Below are positions 29,106-36,678 of a stretch of 50,212 bases of DNA, one piece after another (position 1 is the first letter of the stretch; each line of letters opens with the position of its first letter). Under the pieces are notes generated by a model. That model saw nothing but the letters and a program-made list of their open reading frames with translations, was not told where the DNA came from and did not search any database. The position numbers and the translations under genes are program-made. The stretch spans positions 1 through 50,212 of IMG/VR virus record IMGVR_UViG_3300037048_000045; one strand, written 5' to 3'. This DNA comes from a virus. Lineage: Duplodnaviria > Caudoviricetes.

Positions 29106-29340
29106 CGACATTCTGAACAAGGAGGTCATGATCACCGCCATGCGCGTCAAGCCCAGCAAATACTGCGGTGCAGGCAAATCCTCACCGTCGTGTCTGACGC
29201 TGCAATTCGAGATGTCGGGTGAACGCTACGTCGCCTTCACGGGCTCCGGTGTGCTGGCCGACCAGGCGCAGGCCTATCAGGCGGAGATCCCGTTTTTTGC
29301 TACAATCAGAAAAATCGATAAATACTTTACGTTTACATAA
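29014..29340 (+). CDS. Hypothetical protein overlapping RT 3' end; candidate DGR accessory factor
   Basis: GAGGT RBS, ATG 29014, 92-nt overlap with RT; beta-rich. Confidence 0.7.
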   Translation: METEETTREPRRFRDFAKDHVPLDGAKLKIDDILNKEVMITAMRVKPSKYCGAGKSSPSCLTLQFEMSGERYVAFTGSGVLADQAQAYQAEIPFFATIRKIDKYFTFT

Positions 29341-29354
29341 AAAAGGGGATCGAA

Positions 29355-29732
29355 ATGAGAATAGGATTGACATCCAAAAAAAGGCCCTACCTGCTCTATT
29401 ACACGGACGCGCTGCCGGAGGGCACGGCCGGCGCGGCGAAGGGGTTTGTGATCCGGATCCGGCCCGGGTACAAAGACGACATGGGCATCCTGTATCACGA
29501 GATGGAGCATGTCGATCAGTTTTGGTTGGGCGGATTGATCATTCATATGCGGCGCTATACCGGGGATGAAGAATACCGCTTGTCGTGCGAGGTCAATGCC
29601 TACCGGATTCAGTTGATCCACCCGCCGGCAAATGGCGCTGATAAATACCGGCTGATCTACGCCGGTCGGATAAGTAGAGATTATGGTTTAAGTATCACGG
29701 AGGCCGCGGCATATTCAAAATTATTATCATAG
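29355..29732 (+). CDS. Small zincin-like protein
   Basis: ILYHEMEHVDQ (HExxH) and downstream CEVNAY. Confidence 0.6.
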   Translation: MRIGLTSKKRPYLLYYTDALPEGTAGAAKGFVIRIRPGYKDDMGILYHEMEHVDQFWLGGLIIHMRRYTGDEEYRLSCEVNAYRIQLIHPPANGADKYRLIYAGRISRDYGLSITEAAAYSKLLS

Positions 29733-29741
29733 GGGGGGACG

Positions 29742-29975
29742 TTGGCAATGGAAATTGGAACCGCGATTATTATTGCGAGCACGGTCCTGGGGATAGTAGC
29801 GGTGATATTTCGCCTCTTTCCAAAGGCAAACGGTTTTTCTGTGGCCCTGTGCGCACAGAAGCACATAGATGTCGATCGCCGTTTGGACAGACAAGAAAGG
29901 GATCGCTCGGAGATCCTGGACTATCTGCGCCGCATCGAGGGCAAGCTGGATGATCACATAGCGGAGGCGCCCTGA
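29742..29975 (+). CDS. Putative holin/lysis-associated membrane protein
   Basis: One N-terminal TM segment, charged tail, precedes endolysin candidate. Confidence 0.55.
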   Translation: MAMEIGTAIIIASTVLGIVAVIFRLFPKANGFSVALCAQKHIDVDRRLDRQERDRSEILDYLRRIEGKLDDHIAEAP

Positions 29976-30016
29976 GATGACAGACGAAATGTGGGATAGG
30001 CTGGGAGACCTTTTCG

Positions 30017-30439
30017 ATGGACGCAAGAGCAAGACTCAAGAGGCGTGAAACGTCCTCTCATGGAACGCTCGGGATCCTGACCATTGACGATTGGGCGTGT
30101 TTCACGCTGGAGCTGCCGTGGAGGGACAACCGGCCGCAAATATCCTGCATCCCGGATGGAGATTATTTTGTTAACCCGTGGAACTCAATCAGGTGGCCGA
30201 ACTCGTATCACGTTACAGGGGTGAATGGCCGGAGCGCAATCTTGACCCACACCGGGAATCTGGCTGGCGATACATCCGTCGGCTTAAAGACGCATGTCCA
30301 CGGGTGCATCCTGGTCGGAAAACGCCACGGCTGGCTCAATAAACAAAGAGCCGTATTATACTCGGCCGTCGCGATGAACGAATTGAGAAATGTCGTGGGT
30401 CGTAACAATTTTGATTTGAAGATTACTTGGGGGGGGTGA
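30017..30439 (+). CDS. DUF5675-like putative endolysin
   Basis: TLELPWRDN..ISCIP.G.Y, GRSAILTHTGN, GCILVG. Confidence 0.75.
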   Translation: MDARARLKRRETSSHGTLGILTIDDWACFTLELPWRDNRPQISCIPDGDYFVNPWNSIRWPNSYHVTGVNGRSAILTHTGNLAGDTSVGLKTHVHGCILVGKRHGWLNKQRAVLYSAVAMNELRNVVGRNNFDLKITWGG

Positions 30440-30442
30440 CAT

Positions 30443-30997
30443 ATGGGCGTCATTGAATTTTTAGGATCAGCGGCTTTCGGTGGAATTACTGGGTTGTTCG
30501 GCGGCATTATAAACAGGATTGCGGACCATTACACTACAAAGGAACGGCACAAGCACGAGCAATTGATGCTCGACAAAAACACCAAGTACCTTCAACTCGA
30601 AACAGAGCGTGATGTACAAGTGGCGAAGGAGCAGGCCAACGCCATCAAAGAGAAGTCCGGCCTCGACGCTATGGCAAAGTCGTACGATGCGGACCGGGCC
30701 ACCTACTTTGATGCAAAAATGATTGACGGACTCCCCCCGTTGGCAAAGGTGATTATTGCTGCGTTCATGGCATTCGTTGATTTCGTGCGGGGGCTGACCA
30801 GGCCGGGCATAACCCTGTATCTATGTGTGCTGACCACCATCATGTACATGGAGCAAAAAACGATTCTGGCACAGCTGCAAATCAGCCCGGATCCGTTAAT
30901 GGCCCTCGGCGTGACCCGCGACCTCGTACACGCAGTCATATATCTGACAACGATGGCCGTTGGCTGGTGGTTCGCAACCCGGACAAAGCAGGCGTAA
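30443..30997 (+). CDS. Putative holin (multi-TM)
   Basis: VRGLTRPGIT and GWWFATR motifs, hydrophobic segments, lysis position. Confidence 0.65.
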   Translation: MGVIEFLGSAAFGGITGLFGGIINRIADHYTTKERHKHEQLMLDKNTKYLQLETERDVQVAKEQANAIKEKSGLDAMAKSYDADRATYFDAKMIDGLPPLAKVIIAAFMAFVDFVRGLTRPGITLYLCVLTTIMYMEQKTILAQLQISPDPLMALGVTRDLVHAVIYLTTMAVGWWFATRTKQA

Positions 30998-31076
30998 CAA
31001 CTATTTCCCGTTACCTGTGGTGAGTTTTTCACCATCCAAGTCATTGAATAAAAAGGGGAATAAACTGAACCACGTA

Positions 31077-31122
31077 ACTCTTAATCAGTAGGTTGTCGGT
31101 TCGATCCCGACAGGGCTCACCA
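31077..31122 (+). other. attP core: 3' half of tRNA-Lys(CTT)
   Basis: ACTCTTAATCAGTAGGTTGTCGGTTCGATCCCGACAGGGCTCACCA: anticodon loop, T-arm and CCA present; 5' half absent; next to integrase. Confidence 0.88.
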
Positions 31123-31128
31123 AAACAC

Positions 31129-31163
31129 AAGGCGTTTCGGGTAGTTACCGAGACGCCTTTTTT
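31129..31163 (+). terminator. Intrinsic terminator after att core
   Basis: AAGGCGTTTCGG...CCGAGACGCCTT plus T-tract. Confidence 0.7.
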
Positions 31164-32215
31164 CTTGAAAGCTGTTTTTTCTTACCACACTCACCACCAC
31201 TCACCACATTTAATCGGTTGACCGCCTGGCGCATGAGATCCATGGAGACATGCGTGTAAATCTCTGTCGTTTTTACATTTTGATGCCCGAGCAGCATTTG
31301 AATGATCCGGAGGTCCGCCCCGCTGTCTAAAAGATGGGTGGCGTAACTGTGCCGGAACTGGTGCGGCGTGACCCTTTTATCAATGCCGGCTTTTTTCATG
31401 GCCGTTTTCAGCGGCTGGCGGATGTCCGTCAGGGCCCCGGTCTTTTGTTCGCCCTGCCGTTGAGACACCCGCGAGGGGAATAGCCACGACTTGGTCAGAT
31501 CCAGATCGGCCAGGATCGCACGCAGATCGTCCACCACGGGCACGATCCGCTCGCGTCCGCCCTTACCCTTTATTCTCAAATAAGTCTTGTCCTGCGCCAG
31601 GTCAGCCGGCCGTAGGCGCGTAACTTCATCCTTCCTCAACCCGCAATAATACATGGTGGCGAATAGCGCCCTGGTCGTGCCGGTCATGTTGTCCAGGATA
31701 CTCACCACCTCACCACGGCTGAGCGGCGCCGGCAATCCTTTTTTGTGCGGCAGGGGTTCGAACCGTTCCGGCAGGGAGCAGAGATTTTGCTTTGCGCCCC
31801 ATTTGATCATGGCAGACAGCGCGAGCAGCTCTAAATTGATCGCCCGATGGACCGTGGGCCTGGTCGTGGTTTCCTTCCGGTGCTTCTTATAGGCCGTGAC
31901 GATGTTGCTGTTGATGTAATCCGGCTGCATATTGCCGAAAAATGGCAGGATGCGGTTCCAGAACATCATTGTCTTTTCTTTCAGGGTTTTGGGAGACTGC
32001 TGCATCTCTACCCATTTGAGGTATTCTGCAGCGATCATGTCGCAGGTGTGCGGTCCGGGCTGGGTGGGTTTGTTGAATCGCTTTCTTAGCGCCCGCTCGT
32101 ATGCCAGGGCTTCAGCGCGCGTGCCGTGATAGGTGAACATGTGCCGGGGGCTGTCTCTGCCTGCCTCCCGGAAATCAACGGTATGCGTTTGCGCCGACTG
32201 GGACCGAACGGACAT
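31145..32215 (-). CDS. int: Tyrosine integrase
   Basis: CGLRKDE, KGKGGRER, HQFRHSYATHLL, LGHQNVKTTEIYTH. Confidence 0.95.
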   Translation of the reverse strand: MSVRSQSAQTHTVDFREAGRDSPRHMFTYHGTRAEALAYERALRKRFNKPTQPGPHTCDMIAAEYLKWVEMQQSPKTLKEKTMMFWNRILPFFGNMQPDYINSNIVTAYKKHRKETTTRPTVHRAINLELLALSAMIKWGAKQNLCSLPERFEPLPHKKGLPAPLSRGEVVSILDNMTGTTRALFATMYYCGLRKDEVTRLRPADLAQDKTYLRIKGKGGRERIVPVVDDLRAILADLDLTKSWLFPSRVSQRQGEQKTGALTDIRQPLKTAMKKAGIDKRVTPHQFRHSYATHLLDSGADLRIIQMLLGHQNVKTTEIYTHVSMDLMRQAVNRLNVVSGGECGKKKQLSRKKASR

Positions 32216-32248
32216 TTGTTATTATGTGCCCACCTTTTCACAAATAGA

Positions 32249-32818
32249 TCACGTTGCCGCGTTTCCCGAGGAAGCGTTTGGCAGATCGGCACCAGTAACC
32301 GGAGAAGACAGGCGATCAACCTGCTTTCGCAGCGCGTCAATCTCCGCCCTGACGTCCTTTAAGTCATCTTCGCAGACACATAATTTCTTTGATGTTTCGA
32401 CGGCGCGCTTGAACTCCTGGACGTTCTTGACCAGGGCGTCGATGACGTCGGCATGGCCGGAATCAAGGATTTCACGGACTTCGGCGATGACCTTGTATTT
32501 ATCGACCTTGTTGTACGTTGATGCTTGCTCGGTGACGCCGGCCCGGGCGGCGGCTACGTCGCGAAGGGCTATGTCGGTGCGGCCGCCTGCCAATTTTTTA
32601 CCCATCGCAAGGAAATCAAGATAATCCATCCCCAGGGCATTGGCGATTCTTATTTGAACGCCGGGCGATGGAAATCGCTTTTTTTTAATGATTTGGCTTA
32701 TGTACGCATCGGATAAGTGAGTATCTATGGAGAGTGAGTTTTGCGTGCCCCGCCCCCGTTGAGAAACGATATGTATTAAAGCATTCTGGAAATATTCTTT
32801 TTCAATCATGATCTGCAT
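32249..32818 (-). CDS. XRE-family immunity repressor
   Basis: HTH LSDAYISQIIKKKRFPS; divergent from cro-like gene; start 32818 or 32809. Confidence 0.75.
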   Translation of the reverse strand: MQIMIEKEYFQNALIHIVSQRGRGTQNSLSIDTHLSDAYISQIIKKKRFPSPGVQIRIANALGMDYLDFLAMGKKLAGGRTDIALRDVAAARAGVTEQASTYNKVDKYKVIAEVREILDSGHADVIDALVKNVQEFKRAVETSKKLCVCEDDLKDVRAEIDALRKQVDRLSSPVTGADLPNASSGNAAT

Positions 32819-32887
32819 ATATAAACCCGCGGAATATTTAATCAAGTAAAATAACTTAGCGCACAGTGAAAAAAATCCTTGCAAATA

Positions 32888-32906
32888 ACCTAACTCTCTG
32901 TTAGGT
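32888..32906. promoter_or_regulatory. Putative operator palindrome
   Basis: ACCTAAC-TCTCT-GTTAGGT between repressor and cro-like gene. Confidence 0.6.
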
Positions 32907-32914
32907 ATGTCGCC

Positions 32915-33112
32915 ATGAAAAGAGGCATCCAAAACGAAATAGCCGATAAAGTAAATATATCAACCGCTTTCATATCACAGATACTTAGCGGAAAGCGGAG
33001 GCCGTCGTGGCCTATGGCTAAAAAATTATCTAAGGCAACCAACACCGAACCTGAACTCTGGCTCGAAGGATCCCCCGAAAAAATCAGGGAAGCTCTGGAC
33101 GCCAACTTCTAA
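32915..33112 (+). CDS. Cro-like HTH protein
   Basis: QNEIADKVNISTAFISQILSGKRRPS. Confidence 0.85.
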   Translation: MKRGIQNEIADKVNISTAFISQILSGKRRPSWPMAKKLSKATNTEPELWLEGSPEKIREALDANF

Positions 33113-33128
33113 CAACGTGAGGTCTGGT

Positions 33129-33344
33129 ATGGCTAATAGCAATGGCAAAATCCCCCGCGAAGCAATCTCCTTTTCAATCGATATGGCCCTGATCCCCTTA
33201 CTCCGCGCATACTGCGCACGACATGACCGCAACCAATCCGATGCTGTAAACCTGGCCATAAAAACCCTCCTTGCGATTGAGAAGGCCAAAGACCCTTGCT
33301 TTTGGCTGAAGCAATACGCCGAAACGGAAGATGAGTCAAAATAG
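33129..33344 (+). CDS. Ribbon-helix-helix-like regulator
   Basis: ISFSID...LRAYCARHDRNQSDAVNLAI. Confidence 0.55.
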   Translation: MANSNGKIPREAISFSIDMALIPLLRAYCARHDRNQSDAVNLAIKTLLAIEKAKDPCFWLKQYAETEDESK

Positions 33345-33383
33345 ATAAATTATTTCATAATAAAAATATTATGGGCCGAAAAA

Positions 33384-33713
33384 ATGACACCCGAAGCGCA
33401 CAAATTATTCCGGTGGGGGACGCAGAAGCGGCGGCTGTACGACCGATTGATCTGCGGCCCGGCTACGGCGTCAGAGATCGTTAAAGACCTGCATATATAC
33501 CAATATCAAAAAAAGATCGGCGAGGTCCGTCGCGGCCTCGTCGGAACCGGCGTGACCGTGAAGGCCACGCCGATCAATGGGAAAAAGAACCTTTGGGAGT
33601 ACCGGCTCGGTCTGGTCAGCCAGGGTTCAGATAATACGTCGGCCCGCTCCGGTGTAACGGCAACAGCAATATGTGGTGATGAAGCGGCGAGTGCCGGGGA
33701 GGGCCGACAATAA
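33384..33713 (+). CDS. Hypothetical early protein
   Basis: Operonic ORF, stop overlaps next start. Confidence 0.55.
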   Translation: MTPEAHKLFRWGTQKRRLYDRLICGPATASEIVKDLHIYQYQKKIGEVRRGLVGTGVTVKATPINGKKNLWEYRLGLVSQGSDNTSARSGVTATAICGDEAASAGEGRQ

Positions 33714-33898
33714 TGTCCGTCGAAGAAAGAATGGCCGTGCTGGAAAAGAAGATCGACACCGTGTTGAGCATCCTGGGACACGGCCGGACGAAATCACACA
33801 CGGAGATACAGCGCGAGGCGGACGACACGGTCGCTCGGATCCGGCTCCGCATGGCCAAGAGGCACAGGAAGGAGGCGCGGGAACATGATCAGGCTTAA
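33713..33898 (+). CDS. Hypothetical early protein
   Basis: TAATG coupling. Confidence 0.55.
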   Translation: MSVEERMAVLEKKIDTVLSILGHGRTKSHTEIQREADDTVARIRLRMAKRHRKEAREHDQA

Positions 33899-34037
33899 AC
33901 GATACGTCCTTTCGGGAAGTTTTGAACGGCATGCAGAAGAGGGATTCCGGTGGCTCACGTGGGTGGCCTGGGCCGTGATCATCCTGGCAGCGGTTGTATT
34001 CGGACCGGTCGCTGTCCGGCTTTTTTTAGGGGGGTGA
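33885..34037 (+). CDS. Small membrane protein (50 aa, not in ORF track)
   Basis: AGGAGG RBS; WLTWVAWAVIILAAVVFG TM segment. Confidence 0.5.
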   Translation: MIRLKRYVLSGSFERHAEEGFRWLTWVAWAVIILAAVVFGPVAVRLFLGG

Positions 34038-34041
34038 GGCT

Positions 34042-34236
34042 ATGCAGATCAGGGTTGATGGAATGGGTCTTGTGAAAGTCAGCGCCAGATACAAAAAGCC
34101 CCTGGCTAAGTTAAGGCGAGGCTGGGGCGCAGAGGCTGTTTATTTGAAGCTGTCGGACAACCGCAAAGCAATTGAGGCCCGGGTTGTTTACACCGGAACG
34201 AATGCTCATTTGATCATGGCTATTTTGAAGGCATAG
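34042..34236 (+). CDS. Hypothetical protein
   Basis: GAGG RBS, operonic. Confidence 0.45.
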   Translation: MQIRVDGMGLVKVSARYKKPLAKLRRGWGAEAVYLKLSDNRKAIEARVVYTGTNAHLIMAILKA

Positions 34237-34261
34237 GACAATCACCGACGAGAGCAGGATT

Positions 34262-35020
34262 ATGACCTCGTGCGACAAATGTGGATCGAAATCGCTGTAC
34301 CAGGACCAAGATTTTGTCAACGGCGTCTGCGATATCGTCTGCCGGATATGCGGCAAGCGCTGGCCGGTCGGCGCCGATCCGGAAACCGTAAAAAGACTGA
34401 TGGTGGCGCGTGAGGATAACGACCTGCGCGCGCTGAATATCAAGCTGGGAATCGAGGAGGAGGAAATCAAGATGGCGAAAAGGGGACCATGTAAAAATTG
34501 CGGGCGGGAAATGCAAATTGCGGGGGATGGGTGCTGCGCCACTTGTTACAACGCGGGCAGGGGCCTGGAGGGTGAAGCAAAGGCGGCAGCGCTGGCTGCT
34601 GTGAAGGCCAAGGTTGACAATGGATTGCTCAAGCGTCGCGGACCAGCTCCGGCAGTTGCAGTGGTAAAGCCGAAAGTGGAGGGAACGGCGAAAAAGGATC
34701 CCGCCAGTGGAGCGATCGCCGCGGGATCTCCCCTGGGGAAAAGCCAGAAAGTGGAGGGCCTGGCGGCGGCCCTGGCGGCGGTCCGAGCGGAGGGGGCATC
34801 GCCCGAGGCGACCGTTCTACTGGTTTTTTCCGAAGCCCGCGATCAGGCGCTTTATTCGGTGTTGCTCGACGAATCCGTTCGTTGCCGTCGCACCGTGGAT
34901 CAGCAGGTTTTCTGGATGCTGGAACACGAACTGATCAACGAACGGGCGTTGAATGAGGTGGACCAGTCTGTAAGCATTGCCGCGGTTTTACCGAGACAAC
35001 TGAGGAGGGAAAATTCATGA
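34262..35020 (+). CDS. Cys-rich (CxxC pairs) hypothetical protein
   Basis: CDKC, CRIC, CKNC, CATC; internal RBS before MAKRG may mark a second start. Confidence 0.55.
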   Translation: MTSCDKCGSKSLYQDQDFVNGVCDIVCRICGKRWPVGADPETVKRLMVAREDNDLRALNIKLGIEEEEIKMAKRGPCKNCGREMQIAGDGCCATCYNAGRGLEGEAKAAALAAVKAKVDNGLLKRRGPAPAVAVVKPKVEGTAKKDPASGAIAAGSPLGKSQKVEGLAAALAAVRAEGASPEATVLLVFSEARDQALYSVLLDESVRCRRTVDQQVFWMLEHELINERALNEVDQSVSIAAVLPRQLRRENS

Positions 35021-35448
35021 CACAAGAAGATAAAGAGAAGGCAAAGACAGCAGAGTGGCCGACATGGAAGGGCGGCGATAATATGTGTGGGTGTGGCCAG
35101 GAAGCTCAGCAGGGACCGTATTATGGCCCGTTGAAAACCGCCGCCCGTGTCGGGCTTTACGAGGAAGTTGGCGCCGCTATCGGGCGGCTGGTGGACGCCA
35201 AACAAAAAGCCTACGGCAGGTCATTCGACCGCGTCGGCTCCATCCTGAAAATTCTTTATCCCACCGGTATCAAGCCCGAACAGTACGACGACCTGGGCGC
35301 TATGATCCGCATTCTCGACAAATTCTTCCGTATTGCGACCGACAAGCGCGCCCTGGGTGAATCGCCCTGGAACGATGTGGCCGGGTATGGGCTGCTCATG
35401 AATCGGGATTATTGCGTATTGGCGCCCGAACCACAAGGAAAGGAATGA
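35017..35448 (+). CDS. DUF1599/Nmad1-like nucleotide-modification-associated protein
   Basis: KQKAYGRSF...DKFFRI...ESPWNDVAGYGLL. Confidence 0.6.
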   Translation: MTQEDKEKAKTAEWPTWKGGDNMCGCGQEAQQGPYYGPLKTAARVGLYEEVGAAIGRLVDAKQKAYGRSFDRVGSILKILYPTGIKPEQYDDLGAMIRILDKFFRIATDKRALGESPWNDVAGYGLLMNRDYCVLAPEPQGKE

Positions 35449-35452
35449 AACA

Positions 35453-35734
35453 ATGGCCGACGTTAATGCGAAAAAAATGAAATCTCTGGAAATCGTTTCG
35501 ATCGCCGCCGGCCCGGCGTTGATCCCGGGCATGGTGACTGTAACCATCGCCATGAAGGATCCCCAGGGCGGCGCATATTACACGCACATGGTTACCCGGA
35601 ATAATTATGCTCACTCCGCTGCAAAGGCCCTGGGGCGGATGCGGGGGGTAAAGATGCCCGCCGCGCCCGAACCACAAGATGCCGCTGTCAAAATCGAAAG
35701 AACAATGAATACAGCCGGCCGGGAGGTGCAATGA
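35453..35734 (+). CDS. Hypothetical protein
   Basis: AAGGA RBS, operonic. Confidence 0.5.
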   Translation: MADVNAKKMKSLEIVSIAAGPALIPGMVTVTIAMKDPQGGAYYTHMVTRNNYAHSAAKALGRMRGVKMPAAPEPQDAAVKIERTMNTAGREVQ

Positions 35735-35985
35735 AACAGATTAAACTTCGCCCTGGAATCGTTGTGTCGTCGCCCTGGTACAACACCGTGGAGGCTGCGG
35801 CGCATTGCGGGATGGCCCGCTCCACATTCATCGAGAAGGCGACCAGGGGCGGTCTCCCCTGCTGCGGAGACGCAAACAACAAACGATACCAGGTCGAGGA
35901 TCTGGACCGATGGATCACCAACGGATTTCGGTACCCAAGAACGGAAGAAGCCCCGGCGGCAGGAGATCGCCCCGGTCGGGGATAA
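35731..35985 (+). CDS. Excisionase-like HTH protein
   Basis: WYNTVEAAAHCGMARSTF...RYQVEDLDRW. Confidence 0.7.
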   Translation: MKQIKLRPGIVVSSPWYNTVEAAAHCGMARSTFIEKATRGGLPCCGDANNKRYQVEDLDRWITNGFRYPRTEEAPAAGDRPGRG

Positions 35986-36020
35986 ATCACCAAACAATCT
36001 AAAATCAGGGAGGTCGGAAA

Positions 36021-36644
36021 ATGAATTTTCAGCCAGGGCAGGATTACATCTTTACGGACGTATTGACGCTGACCGTCGCGTCGAGTGATTTTAACGCGAT
36101 CGGAGGATTTCACACCCTTTGCGCCGATGTTGGGGAGATCCCAGGGCATCCGTTGAGCGGCTACAAGGCCGGGGATCCGTTGCCGGCATCCCTGTGGAAT
36201 CTCGGGCACCGGGCAAAATGTGGCAACAACGCAGGAATGGTCTATGACGCGGTCAGCGATCGGTGGGTTGACATTTACCTCGTATCATCCCCGGACAGGA
36301 GGATTCTCCTTGAAACATTCGAGGACTATGTAAAGCTGGCGGCCGAACAGGGGAAGCGATTGCCCACCCATGAGGAGTTTTCCGCGCTCGCCGAAGGCAC
36401 CAACGAACTGACCAATATTTCGGGGAGTAAGTACACATCAAACACCGGCGGCCACGTCGATACCCTGGGGCGCTCATCGCGGGCGGCAGTTGGACTAATG
36501 CGGCGCATGCCGGTTCGCGGTGCCGTAGTGCGAATTACTATCGCTGGCATACGGTTTCCATTATCGGGGCGCGCTTCTCGTCGGAGCCGCTTTATCCGCG
36601 GGACCGGCGCACAGCGCCAGCAAACGAAAAACGATAGCGCGTAG
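36021..36644 (+). pseudogene. DGR target 2: paralogue of target 1 with internal deletion and frameshift at VR2
   Basis: IGGFHTLCADVG, RAKCGNNAGMV, WVDIYL shared with target 1; VR2 is in the -1 frame (ALIAGGSW...IGARFSSEPL, stop at 36637). Confidence 0.85.
36466..36585 (+). repeat. DGR variable region VR2
   Basis: 120-bp ungapped match to TR 27756-27875; 11 mismatches, all at TR adenines. Confidence 0.96.
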
Positions 36645-36678
36645 CGCGTCGCATTAAAAATCATCACGGTCGGAGGGG

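Noticed and set aside
31050-31122. Complete tRNA-Lys gene
   Set aside because: No acceptor 5' strand or D-arm, and the anticodon stem is unpaired; it is an att core
36462-36472. Programmed -1 frameshift restoring target 2
   Set aside because: No canonical X XXY YYZ slippery site, and ~50 aa of the conserved fold would still be missing
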